64,000 bases of DNA from an uncultured Myroides sp. (GTDB lineage: Bacteria; Bacteroidota; Bacteroidia; Flavobacteriales; Flavobacteriaceae). Below are positions 49,735-59,003 of the stretch, piece by piece. The DNA lies in assembly GCA_913777665.1 (NCBI GenBank), contig CAJYTF010000031.1:11852-75851 (forward strand). Reading direction: 5' to 3'. Position numbers and translations under genes: made by a program. A model generated the notes under the pieces. It had not been told where the DNA came from. It did not search any database and saw only the letters and a program-made list of their open reading frames with translations. Position 1 is the stretch's first letter. Each line of letters begins with the position of its first letter.

Positions 49735-50469
49735 CTAGAAATTTAAGTAATCAGTTGTGTTTGTTAATTGCGACCATCTTGCCGATAAGAATTTAGCGTA
49801 GTTTTGTGAGGATATTCCATAGCTTCCTAAGGAATGTCCATCATTTACTTCTACTAAAACAGTTTTATTATCGTCAGTAATTCCAAAATCTAATGCAAAT
49901 GAATTTGGTTGTGTTTTAAAGTCAGATATTGCATTTTTAACGATTTCTAAATTAATAGCCTTATTCCAATCCCCTTTATATCTTCTAATGTCAAGAATTT
50001 CTTTGTAACGAATGAAACAGCGGAATTCAGCATTAAAATTTATGATTTCAGAGCAAAGTACTTTTGTTGGACTATTTTCATCTATTAAACCAATAAAATC
50101 TAGTTCATTTTTAAATACCTTTCCAGCAAATTTTTTAGTTTCTATATCTGGTTTTATAAAAATATTAAACTTTTGTTCTGCTAAAATTGTTTCCAATGTT
50201 GATTTCCAAATTCTTCTTCCTAAGTATTTCTGAAGTTCAATTGGATAATCAATTTCATTTTGATTTCTGGTAATACCCAAAATTTCTAATCTTTTCCTTA
50301 CGTTTCCAATTCCACCAACAATAACATTTTCTGGATTTTCATCATTTATTTCCTCAATTCTATAAAATTTTTCGGTTTCGAAACCAAAATGCTTAAAACC
50401 TTCGTTTGCAATAAATGCATTTACGTTATAAAATTCTCCGGATTTATCTGTTTGAATGTAGGCTTTCAA
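49735..50469 (-). CDS. ATP-grasp domain protein (R2K clade / DUF4343-like)
   Basis: DYPIEL..YLGR, FIKP, EFRCF, ALDFG, VEVND..SLGSYG. Confidence 0.8.
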   Translation of the reverse strand: MKAYIQTDKSGEFYNVNAFIANEGFKHFGFETEKFYRIEEINDENPENVIVGGIGNVRKRLEILGITRNQNEIDYPIELQKYLGRRIWKSTLETILAEQKFNIFIKPDIETKKFAGKVFKNELDFIGLIDENSPTKVLCSEIINFNAEFRCFIRYKEILDIRRYKGDWNKAINLEIVKNAISDFKTQPNSFALDFGITDDNKTVLVEVNDGHSLGSYGISSQNYAKFLSARWSQLTNTTDYLNF

Positions 50470-50504
50470 TTTAGTAGATATGTTTAAGTATTACAGCTAA
50501 TTTT

Positions 50505-50512
50505 CAAATATA
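50505..50512 (-). promoter_or_regulatory. -7 element (TATATTTG) for the ATP-grasp gene
   Basis: Reverse complement of CAAATATA matches TAnnTTTG, 36 nt before the start. Confidence 0.5.
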
Positions 50513-50546
50513 CAAAAGTTTTTAACTGTTAAAACAACCTTATATT

Positions 50547-50597
50547 CGACAACAAACGTTTACAATCGACTATAAATGATTAACAACCGAATAAAAT
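50547..50597. repeat. Five imperfect ~10-bp tandem units upstream of ssb
   Basis: CGACAACAAA/CGTTTACAAT/CGACTATAAA/TGATTAACAAC/CGAATAAAAT. Confidence 0.6.
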
Positions 50598-50656
50598 TTG
50601 GAAGCTGTTGCAACTTTGTACCAGATAATTATTTAATCATTTAAAATTTAAACGCC

Positions 50657-50980
50657 ATGAGTACATTAAGAAACAGTGTTCGTCTTGTAGGAAGAGTAGG
50701 TAACACGCCGGAAACAAAAACTTTTGACAATGGTACAAAAGTAACTTTATCGTTAGCAACCAGCGATTTTTATTACAACGATAAAAAGGAGAAAATTGAA
50801 ACCACCCAATGGCATAATATTGTAGCGTGGGGCAAAACCGCAGAACTTATTCAGAAATACGTAGAAAGAGGGAAGGAAATTGCTGTTGAAGGTAAATTAA
50901 CCTATCGCACTTACGAAGATAAAGAAGGGATAAAGCGCAGCATTACCGAAATTGTGATTAACGAAGTGTTGTTCTTTTAA
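50657..50980 (+). CDS. ssb: Single-stranded DNA-binding protein (short, no acidic tail)
   Basis: NSVRLVGRVG, SLATS, TQWHNIVAWG, VEGKL..R.YEDKEG. Confidence 0.93.
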   Translation: MSTLRNSVRLVGRVGNTPETKTFDNGTKVTLSLATSDFYYNDKKEKIETTQWHNIVAWGKTAELIQKYVERGKEIAVEGKLTYRTYEDKEGIKRSITEIVINEVLFF

Positions 50981-50985
50981 AAATT

Positions 50986-51009
50986 AAAATCCCGATGCGT
51001 CGGGATTTT
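50986..51009 (+). terminator. Intrinsic terminator
   Basis: AAAATCCCGA-TGCG-TCGGGATTTT. Confidence 0.7.
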
Positions 51010-51032
51010 TTTTATATTCACACAAAAACAAC

Positions 51033-51425
51033 ATGCACATTCAATTTATTCATACCATTCTGTATGTAGCCGATCAGCAGTTAAGCACTGATTTTTACAC
51101 CAAGTTATTGCGTAGAAATCCTGAATTAAACGTTCTGGGAATGACCGAATTTCTATTGGCAGAAAACTTTAAACTTGGATTGATGCCCAATAGCGGAATT
51201 GCCAAGATTTTAGCTGATAAAACACCACATCCCGAATCAGGCACCGGAATTCCTCGATGTGAACTTTACTTTTATGTGGAAGATATTGCATTTGAGTTTA
51301 CTAGCGCCCTGAACACAGATGCGAAACTTATAAGTGATATTCAAGACAGAACTTGGGGCGATAAAGCTTGTTATTTCGCAGATCCAGACGGACATATTAT
51401 TGTGTTTGCAGAAAAGTTACATTAA
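51033..51425 (+). CDS. VOC/glyoxalase family protein
   Basis: ILYVADQ..S..FY, WGDKACYFADPDGH. Confidence 0.85.
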   Translation: MHIQFIHTILYVADQQLSTDFYTKLLRRNPELNVLGMTEFLLAENFKLGLMPNSGIAKILADKTPHPESGTGIPRCELYFYVEDIAFEFTSALNTDAKLISDIQDRTWGDKACYFADPDGHIIVFAEKLH

Positions 51426-51459
51426 CCGTCGGGTCTAATTAAAACAGATTAAATTTTCA

Positions 51460-51579
51460 CGTCAGTTCGAGTGATTTTTCGTAGTGAAACGGAGAAAAAT
51501 TGTATCGAGAACTACATAAAAAGACTTCTCGCTACAAAATTCCTTCCACTTCGTTACAGAAATTTCACTCGAAGTGACG
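51460..51579. repeat. GTCA-prefixed REP/REPIN-like element, long copy
   Basis: CGTCAGTTCGAGTG...TCGAGAACT...TTCTCGCTAC...TCCACTTCGTT...CACTCGAAGTGACG with terminal inverted repeat. Confidence 0.75.
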
Positions 51580-51616
51580 TTTTGAAGTAATTTCACACAA
51601 CGGTTTACATTAATAT

Positions 51617-52519
51617 TTAATAAAATAAATCTTTGGCAACTTTAAACGTATTTACATGTGCTTGTAATATGGTTGATAAATTAGGCGAATAACCGCCGCC
51701 CATACTACATTGAACAGGAATGTTGTATTTTTTTGCTAATGAAAAAACGTGTTCATCGCGTTGTTTACAGCCGTTAATGGTACAGTTCAGTTTTCCTAAT
51801 TTATCGGTTGCTAAAATATCAACACCAGCCTGATAAAAAATAAAATCGGGTTGTTCTTGTACAATGATTTTTTCTAGATGGTTTTCTAAAATTGTTAGAT
51901 AAATTTCGTCGGTAGTTCCATCTTCTAAATCAATATCTATATTTGATTGTTCTTTTTTAAATGGATAATTGCTTTTTCCGTGCATAGAAAAAGTAAAAAC
52001 ATGCGGATTGTTTTTAAAAATTTCGGCAGTTCCGTTTCCTTGATGCACGTCTAAATCAACAATTAAAATTTTAGAAGCTTTGTTGTGTTTCAATAAGTAA
52101 GCTGCCGCAACAGCCTGATCGTTCAACATACAAAAACCCTCGCCATGACCAGAAAAAGCATGATGTGTGCCACCGGCAATATTAAAAGCAACTTTTTGAG
52201 CAAAAGCATTCAAAGCTCCGTCAATAGTACCTTGAACCAAGGTAAGTTCCCGGTCAATTAATTGTTGGCAATGCACAAAACCTGTTTTTCTACGCTCTTT
52301 ATCGGTTAACTGCAATTGCGTGTAACGGTTTACATAATCGGGGTTGTGTGCCATATAAATATCTTGTAAAGAAGCTTGTGCGGGTTTAAAAAAACAATCA
52401 TCTGTAACAATACCTTCTAACAACAACTGTTTGGGCAACAACTGGTATTTTTCCATAGGAAACCGATGATTTTCTGGAACAGGATGATTGTATATAGAAT
52501 GATACGCTATGGAGAACAT
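51617..52519 (-). CDS. Histone deacetylase family protein
   Basis: HRFPMEKY, GGTHHA, GFC, DLDVHQGNGT, GGGY. Confidence 0.92.
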   Translation of the reverse strand: MFSIAYHSIYNHPVPENHRFPMEKYQLLPKQLLLEGIVTDDCFFKPAQASLQDIYMAHNPDYVNRYTQLQLTDKERRKTGFVHCQQLIDRELTLVQGTIDGALNAFAQKVAFNIAGGTHHAFSGHGEGFCMLNDQAVAAAYLLKHNKASKILIVDLDVHQGNGTAEIFKNNPHVFTFSMHGKSNYPFKKEQSNIDIDLEDGTTDEIYLTILENHLEKIIVQEQPDFIFYQAGVDILATDKLGKLNCTINGCKQRDEHVFSLAKKYNIPVQCSMGGGYSPNLSTILQAHVNTFKVAKDLFY

Positions 52520-52583
52520 TTTGTTTTTTTACAAAGGTAATTCGATTTTTTTAGTAGTTTTATCTGATAACATTTTTTAAAAC

Positions 52584-53573
52584 ATGAAACCACAAAACTA
52601 TTTTATTTTACTTGTTTGCCTTATAAACTATTTTACAGCACAAAGTCAATTGTTTCTTATGTATGATGGTTTAAATCCAAATGAGAATTATTTTGATTTG
52701 CCAAAATATAGTTTAGAATATAATCAAAAAATAAAAGAGAAATTATATGAAAGCTTAGAAGAAGATTTTCATGTAAGAATGTTGGTTCGCCCATCTTTTG
52801 ATGCCGAATATATTTTTCAAGTTGATAGGGATATTAGAAATTATGAAGCCGAGAGTTTTGTAGTTCGTTTTCAAAAAGCAAAATCAAATTTATGGTATGC
52901 AGAAGAAAATTACAAAAAAGTAAACGTAAAAAAATACCAAGCTCAAATTAATAAGGAAGATACAGAATTGCTAACAAACGCATTTGTGAAATTATTGAAA
53001 ACTACAAGATATGAGCGAAGTGATTTTGATATTTATGATGGAACAAATTATTTGTTGAGTGCTTTTGAATATGGTCCTGGTATTGTAAGCGGTAACGTAA
53101 AATCGCCACGCGACAATGAAATTAAAGCGCTTGTTGATGTTGTTGAAAATTTAATAAATCAAACAAAATCAAAAAGAAATATTAAGCTTTCTGAAGAAGC
53201 TAAAAGTACACTTACGAATATTATTAAGCAAACAGAAAAAAATCCAACTTCTGCTGATTACGAATTAATGAGCAGAATAGTTAAGGTCATTGAAAATAAT
53301 AAAGAAAGTTACTGTTCAAAATTAACTGAAAGTAATCGACTTCATGTGGAAGATGCTTTGCAAGTAATACAAGATCCAAAGCAGTTTGCTTACTACAATT
53401 TTGACAAATCTACCTTGAAAAACTTTATTGAAAGTATTGAAGAGGAGTTTGTTGAATTTAATACTTTTGACGAAGATAGTAAGAATGAAATGTTGAAAAA
53501 TGGACGCGAAATCGAAAAAGAAGAAAATATTAAAAACAACATCTTTCAACTTATCTTAAAGGAGTTTGATTAA
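52584..53573 (+). CDS. Hypothetical secreted protein
   Basis: 329 aa AT-rich ORF with a signal-peptide-like N-terminus. Confidence 0.6.
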   Translation: MKPQNYFILLVCLINYFTAQSQLFLMYDGLNPNENYFDLPKYSLEYNQKIKEKLYESLEEDFHVRMLVRPSFDAEYIFQVDRDIRNYEAESFVVRFQKAKSNLWYAEENYKKVNVKKYQAQINKEDTELLTNAFVKLLKTTRYERSDFDIYDGTNYLLSAFEYGPGIVSGNVKSPRDNEIKALVDVVENLINQTKSKRNIKLSEEAKSTLTNIIKQTEKNPTSADYELMSRIVKVIENNKESYCSKLTESNRLHVEDALQVIQDPKQFAYYNFDKSTLKNFIESIEEEFVEFNTFDEDSKNEMLKNGREIEKEENIKNNIFQLILKEFD

Positions 53574-53588
53574 TATCAATACAACAAA

Positions 53589-54215
53589 TTACTCATTCAA
53601 AATATCCTGAAATAAATCAAAAAATCGACCCATATCAATACCGTCAACCAAACCGTGATGTGCAAATAAGGCAACATTAAAAAACTTTCTATTGTTTTTA
53701 TCAATCATTTTACCAATAGAAACTTTAGGCGAACTATCGGGATGTTTAAATCCACGCGCATGTGTTAACGAGGTAAAATTAATCCAAGGAATTGCCGAAA
53801 AATGAATAATGTTATCTCCGTAATCGTCTTTTGTAAGCAGGGTGTCGGTTTGTTGTACGCGTATTATTTCGTTTTTTACCGCTTCTTGAAAAACAGCAAA
53901 ATCGTTATGATAGATAATATGAGAAAATCCAAAGGTTTCGTTTTCTTTTAAAACCGTAGATGAAGCATCAATCCGATCATGCTGAAAAACCTTTCCGTTA
54001 TCAATTCGCAACTTAAAAGCCGGCAGTTCATTTATGGTTTTCAAGGTAGCATACAAATAGTAAATAAAAAACGACGTTTTTAATTCCTTTGCTTTTTTGT
54101 AGGCTTGGGTTACATCAATTTCAACAGTTAGTCCGTAAAAAGGTTCGTCCATTGCCGAGAAAAATTCAAAATGACTTTTGCGTTTCCAGGTATCTAAATT
54201 AATTTCGGTTTTCAT
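53589..54215 (-). CDS. CatA-like O-acetyltransferase (chloramphenicol acetyltransferase family)
   Basis: WKRKSHFEFF, SAIPWINFTS, catalytic HHGLVDG. Confidence 0.85.
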   Translation of the reverse strand: MKTEINLDTWKRKSHFEFFSAMDEPFYGLTVEIDVTQAYKKAKELKTSFFIYYLYATLKTINELPAFKLRIDNGKVFQHDRIDASSTVLKENETFGFSHIIYHNDFAVFQEAVKNEIIRVQQTDTLLTKDDYGDNIIHFSAIPWINFTSLTHARGFKHPDSSPKVSIGKMIDKNNRKFFNVALFAHHGLVDGIDMGRFFDLFQDILNE

Positions 54216-54907
54216 AAATTCAATAAATCTATAAGTTCACTTGCTTTTTCAACAGCGTAAAAATGGTTGTGCACAATTTCATGGTCAATACGTTCGTGTG
54301 CCCAAGTAGTGTGGAAAGGCACATGCACGGCGGTTGCACCAATATTTAAAACCGGCAAAACATCAGACTTTAATGAATTTCCGATCATTAAAAAGTTCTC
54401 GGGTTCAATTTCCAAACGTTTCAACAGTTTCTCGTAATCTAATTCTTCTTTTTCAACCATTACTTCGATATGATGAAAATAAGCACCCAAACCCGATAAA
54501 TGCAACTTGCGGTGTTGGTCTTTTAAATCGCCTTTTGTAGCCACGACCAATTTGTATTTTCCGTGTAGCTTTTTCAAGGTTTCTTCAATTCCATCTAACA
54601 AAACAACAGGTTTCGCTAATAGATCTTTACCAATTTCAATGATTTTTTCCATTACTTTGGTCGATACCGTGTGGTTCGAAACCTCGTAAGCCGTTTGTAC
54701 CATCGATAAAACATATCCTTTAATGCCATAACCATACAACGGCAAATTATCAATCTGCGCTTTAAATAATGCCTGCGCCAAACTTTGTTTCGATAAATAA
54801 TCGCTCATTAAAGCACAAAATTTTTCCTCGGCTTCGTCAAAATAAGGTTCGTTAATAAACAGCGTATCGTCTGCATCAAAAGCAATTACTTGGATGTTTT
54901 CAATCAT
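54212..54907 (-). CDS. HAD family hydrolase
   Basis: FDADDTL, ATKGD, IGNSLKSDV. Confidence 0.9.
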   Translation of the reverse strand: MIENIQVIAFDADDTLFINEPYFDEAEEKFCALMSDYLSKQSLAQALFKAQIDNLPLYGYGIKGYVLSMVQTAYEVSNHTVSTKVMEKIIEIGKDLLAKPVVLLDGIEETLKKLHGKYKLVVATKGDLKDQHRKLHLSGLGAYFHHIEVMVEKEELDYEKLLKRLEIEPENFLMIGNSLKSDVLPVLNIGATAVHVPFHTTWAHERIDHEIVHNHFYAVEKASELIDLLNL

Positions 54908-55027
54908 TGTGTGAAAGTTTCCTCAAAGATAAAACCTAATAAATTTCTATCCTTCAAAATTGGTGTTTTTGTTAAAAAAAATCGACCAACAATTAAATTT
55001 TGTACATTTAATAGAAAAAGAGAAACT

Positions 55028-55210
55028 ATGAAAAATGTAATTAAACAAGAAATGCAGCAGCTAAATTATGAAGATATAGCTGCTTTGGTAACCACCGGTG
55101 CAGCGGCAGGTATTGCCGTAACAAAAATTACAGGACATTCAAAATCATTGGGTGCGGCTGTTGGTGTTGGCTTAAGTATGTTGTTTTACGGAATTTTGAA
55201 GAGAATGTAG
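55028..55210 (+). CDS. Small hydrophobic Gly/Ala-rich protein
   Basis: 60 aa from ATG at 55028; GAAAG and LGAAVGVG segments. Confidence 0.5.
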   Translation: MKNVIKQEMQQLNYEDIAALVTTGAAAGIAVTKITGHSKSLGAAVGVGLSMLFYGILKRM

Positions 55211-55300
55211 CTTTTGTTTTAAGTCTTTTTAATTCTGATATATAATTGATTGAGCTATTTGAAATTTAATTATATTTATCACTAATTTAGTAAAAATCAG

Positions 55301-55879
55301 TTGTATATGATGGGTTTTAAAAATTTGGTGCTAATGTTCGGTGGATCATTATGTGCGTGGATGTGTGGATGTGATGATAATGACGATTACGTTCCATCTG
55401 AACCAGAAAATAAGGTGTCAGTATTAATTGTTGATGATTTAACCAATAATTTTGAAGGCGGAAAGATTTATCTTTATAATGAGCAGTATACGACTTATAA
55501 TTTAACGGTTGAAAATGTTCCGCCGGCTGATGTAGGATATATTAAGGTTCATTATACCGAAGGAAATCAGTTGATTTACCATGCTACTCAGGTTTTTATG
55601 GGTAGTGGCGAAATAATTGTGCCAAACCCGATAACGCCTCCGCAAGATTTTGACCGAGTTTTAACCGAAGATTTTATGGCGTTACCAAATGATGCTGTGG
55701 AACTGACAAACGCGCCATCGCCAGCCGGTAAAACGCAGGAAAAATGGGCACAGATTCAAAATTTAGAAGTTGTGCGCTACGCCTTGCAAAACAACAATTG
55801 CAAAGTGCATTATTTTAGGCAGGTTTTTGATACCGGTTTAGTAGAAAACGCCAAATGGATTTTTATTGTAAAAAATTAA
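55301..55879 (+). CDS. Hypothetical lipoprotein
   Basis: CGC-DDNDD lipobox with acidic export-signal-like residues. Confidence 0.6.
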   Translation: MYMMGFKNLVLMFGGSLCAWMCGCDDNDDYVPSEPENKVSVLIVDDLTNNFEGGKIYLYNEQYTTYNLTVENVPPADVGYIKVHYTEGNQLIYHATQVFMGSGEIIVPNPITPPQDFDRVLTEDFMALPNDAVELTNAPSPAGKTQEKWAQIQNLEVVRYALQNNNCKVHYFRQVFDTGLVENAKWIFIVKN

Positions 55880-55961
55880 GGTTGCCAAGTGCAGCCTTTT
55901 TTATTGATTTTCTAAAATAAACTTTTATTTTAGCAGTTAAAACAAACTAAAACTTTCAACT

Positions 55962-57389
55962 TTGGAACAAACAACAACAGACAACACCTTAAAGCGCGGG
56001 TTGTCTAACCGCCATATTCAGTTAATTGCGTTGGGTGGCGCTATTGGTACCGGTTTATTTTTAGGAATTGGACCGGCAGCCGTTTTAGCAGGACCATCGG
56101 TTATTTTTGGATATGCCTTTGCAGGAATCATCGCTTTTTTTATTATGCGTCAGTTGGGAGAAATGGTGGTAGAAGAACCTGTTTCGGGATCTTTTTCGCA
56201 TTTTGCCTATAAATATTGGGGTTCTTTTGCAGGTTATGCTTCGGGTTGGAACTATTGGATTTTGTACATACTGGTTTCCATGTCTGAATTAACCGCCATT
56301 GGAATTTATGTACAATATTGGTGGCCCGAAATTCCTTTGTGGGCATCAAGCACTTTTTTCTTTTTGGCAATTACGGCGTTGAATTTAGGTTCTGTAAAAA
56401 TGTTTGGCGAAGCCGAGTTTTGGTTCTCCATTATTAAAGTAATTGCTATTGTGGCAATGATTGTTTTTGGAACGTATTTATTGATTTCGGGAACGGGTGG
56501 CGAACAGGCAAGTATATCAAACCTGACAAATAACGGCGGATTTTTCCCTAAAGGATGGTTCGAAAAAACAGAAAACGGTTATCAGGGATTATTGTCGGTT
56601 ATGGCGATCATCATGTTTTCGTTCGGAGGTTTAGAACTGATTGGAATTACTGCTGCCGAAGCCGAAAATCCGGAAAAAAACATTCCAAAAGCAACCAATC
56701 AGGTTATTTACAGAATTTTAATTTTTTATGTTGGAGCCTTAATCATCCTTTTTTCGCTTTCGCCTTGGGAAACCATCACAACAAAAACAAGTCCGTTTGT
56801 TACCGTTTTCGATAATTTAAAAGGAATGCATTTTAACTTTTTCGGAACCGATGTTTCGGCAACAAACTTAATTGCAAATGCGTTGAATTTAATTGTTTTA
56901 ACGGCAGCTTTATCGGTTTACAATTCATCGGTTTACAGCAACAGTCGTATGTTATTTGGTTTGGCAGAACAAGGCAATGCACCGAAATTCCTGTTGAAAT
57001 TGAATAAAAGTTCTGTTCCAACGCGTGCCATTATCGTATCGAGCTGTTTTTCAGCAATAACTATTTTGTTCAATTATTTCAAGCCAGATGAATCTTTTGA
57101 AGTTTTAATTTATTTGGTAGTTGCATGTCTAATTATCAATTGGATCATGATCTCTTTTACGCATCTAAAATTCCGCAAGTTTAAAGATCAAGCAAATATC
57201 AAAACCAAGTTTCCTTCGTTTATATATCCTGTTTCAAATTACATCTGCATTGTGTTTTTATTGGGAATTTTAGCAATTATGAGTATTACGGGTATGCATG
57301 TTTCGGTAATTTTAATTCCGGTTTGGTTGATTATTCTGTTTATAACATATCAAATTGTTCAGAAAAACAAGCAGCAGAAATTAATGTAA
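55962..57389 (+). CDS. Amino acid permease (APC family, AroP/PheP-like)
   Basis: RHIQLIALGGAIGTGLF, GEAEFWFS, FSFGGLELIG. Confidence 0.93.
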   Translation: MEQTTTDNTLKRGLSNRHIQLIALGGAIGTGLFLGIGPAAVLAGPSVIFGYAFAGIIAFFIMRQLGEMVVEEPVSGSFSHFAYKYWGSFAGYASGWNYWILYILVSMSELTAIGIYVQYWWPEIPLWASSTFFFLAITALNLGSVKMFGEAEFWFSIIKVIAIVAMIVFGTYLLISGTGGEQASISNLTNNGGFFPKGWFEKTENGYQGLLSVMAIIMFSFGGLELIGITAAEAENPEKNIPKATNQVIYRILIFYVGALIILFSLSPWETITTKTSPFVTVFDNLKGMHFNFFGTDVSATNLIANALNLIVLTAALSVYNSSVYSNSRMLFGLAEQGNAPKFLLKLNKSSVPTRAIIVSSCFSAITILFNYFKPDESFEVLIYLVVACLIINWIMISFTHLKFRKFKDQANIKTKFPSFIYPVSNYICIVFLLGILAIMSITGMHVSVILIPVWLIILFITYQIVQKNKQQKLM

Positions 57390-57449
57390 GTTAACAGTTG
57401 TAGCCAAACAATTTTGTAATTTTAAGAAACGAACAAAACTAAAATTATT

Positions 57450-57728
57450 ATGGAAATCAATCACAGAAAAGAAGAAAATAAAGGAGCTTTTATTGCAACT
57501 GAAAACGGAGCAAAAGCCGGTGAAATGACTTATAGCAAAGCTGGCGATACATTAATTATTATAGATCATACCGAAGTTGATCCCGCATTTGGCGGTCAAG
57601 GAGTTGGAAAAAAGATGGTTTTGTCAGCTGTTGATTTCGCTAGAGAAAATAACATTAAGATCTTGCCTTTGTGTCCGTTTGCTAAAGCAGCATTCGATAA
57701 AGATGCAACTATTCAAGATGTACTTTAA
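57450..57728 (+). CDS. Small GNAT (YjdJ-like) acetyltransferase
   Basis: IIDHTEVDP..GGQGVG, PLCPF. Confidence 0.88.
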   Translation: MEINHRKEENKGAFIATENGAKAGEMTYSKAGDTLIIIDHTEVDPAFGGQGVGKKMVLSAVDFARENNIKILPLCPFAKAAFDKDATIQDVL

Positions 57729-57744
57729 GCATTAAAAATATTTG

Positions 57745-57768
57745 AAAGCAGTTCTTCGGAACTGTTTT
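57745..57768 (+). terminator. Intrinsic terminator
   Basis: AAAGCAGTTC-TTCG-GAACTGTTTT. Confidence 0.6.
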
Positions 57769-57805
57769 TTGTTTATTCTCATTATATTTATAAAAATTTC
57801 GATAC

Positions 57806-58909
57806 ATGAAACAGCTTTTTTCTTCTTTATTTATTTGTGCTTTCCTGATGCTTTCCTGTAAAAAGGATAGTCCGGAAACCACTATTCAGCCAGAACAAAA
57901 TCAAAAAACATTAAAATTAGAATTAGCCGAAGCACAAAAGATTATCGCGCTGCCGCTGCATTGTTTAGAAGTTGAATATCCGAATAAATTGGGACAGGTT
58001 TTAAAATCATCAGACGAATTGAAAGCGCCTAAACAATTACGACCAATTTTTTACGGTTGTTTCGATTGGCATTCGTCGGCACATGGATATTGGTCGGTAG
58101 TGAAGTTAGTGAAGCAGTTTCCTGAATTAGATCAAAGCAAAACAATAGATCAGTTGCTAACAAAGGTTTTTACTGATGAAAATGTATCGATTGAAAAATC
58201 GTTTTTCGATCAACCACATAATAAAACGTTTGAAAGAACTTATGGTTGGGCGTGGTTTTTCAAGTTACAGGAAGAATTATATACATGGAAAGACAATCCG
58301 AAAGCACAGCAATGGTACAAAACCTTACAGCCGTTAGAAAATGTTTTTGTTGAAAGATATTTAGAATATCTGCCAAAATTAAATTACCCAATTAGAACCG
58401 GAACACACGACAATACCGCATTTGGAATGGCGTTGAGTTTAGAATACGCTGAAACGGTTGGAAACAACAAATTAAAAGATGCAATTACCGCAAAAGCGAA
58501 AGAATTATACTCAAAAGACACCAACTGCCCGATTGCTTACGAACCAAGCGGGCACGACTTTTTATCGCCTTGTTTGCAAGAAGCTTGGCTAATGAGCAAA
58601 GTGTTGCCACAAACCGATTATAAAGTCTGGTTACAGAAATTCTTGCCACAATTGTTCGATAAAAAATTTGATTTGGAAGTGGGTAAAGTTTCCGACAGAA
58701 CCGACGGACATTTAGTTCATTTAGACGGATTAAACTTTAGCAGAGCAACTTGTTTGTTTCAAATTGCCAAAGTGTTGCCTGAACTAAATCATTTAAAGCC
58801 AATTGCTGAAAAACATTTTAATGCTGCTTTTCCAAACATATCAAACGATGATTATATGGGAAGCCATTGGTTAGGTAGTTTTGCTTTGCAAGCGTTGGAT
58901 GCGCAGTAG
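57806..58909 (+). CDS. DUF2891 domain lipoprotein
   Basis: EYPNK, FYGCFDWHSS, FERTYGWAW, HLDGLNFSRA, YMGSHWL. Confidence 0.88.
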   Translation: MKQLFSSLFICAFLMLSCKKDSPETTIQPEQNQKTLKLELAEAQKIIALPLHCLEVEYPNKLGQVLKSSDELKAPKQLRPIFYGCFDWHSSAHGYWSVVKLVKQFPELDQSKTIDQLLTKVFTDENVSIEKSFFDQPHNKTFERTYGWAWFFKLQEELYTWKDNPKAQQWYKTLQPLENVFVERYLEYLPKLNYPIRTGTHDNTAFGMALSLEYAETVGNNKLKDAITAKAKELYSKDTNCPIAYEPSGHDFLSPCLQEAWLMSKVLPQTDYKVWLQKFLPQLFDKKFDLEVGKVSDRTDGHLVHLDGLNFSRATCLFQIAKVLPELNHLKPIAEKHFNAAFPNISNDDYMGSHWLGSFALQALDAQ

Positions 58910-58916
58910 ATTGATT

Positions 58917-58983
58917 TCGTCAGTTCGAGCTTGTCGAGAACTTCTCGATACGCTCCACTTCGTTTCGCTACTCGAAGTGACGA
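58917..58983. repeat. GTCA-prefixed REP/REPIN-like element
   Basis: TCGTCAGTTCGAGCTTGTCGAGAACTTCTCGATAC...TCCACTTCGTT...ACTCGAAGTGACGA. Confidence 0.75.
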
Positions 58984-59003
58984 TAGCAATGAAATTAACA
59001 TAT

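Noticed and set aside
53589-54215. Acquired mobile chloramphenicol-resistance cassette
   Set aside because: No IS, integron or compositional anomaly, and the gene is coupled to a chromosomal HAD gene.
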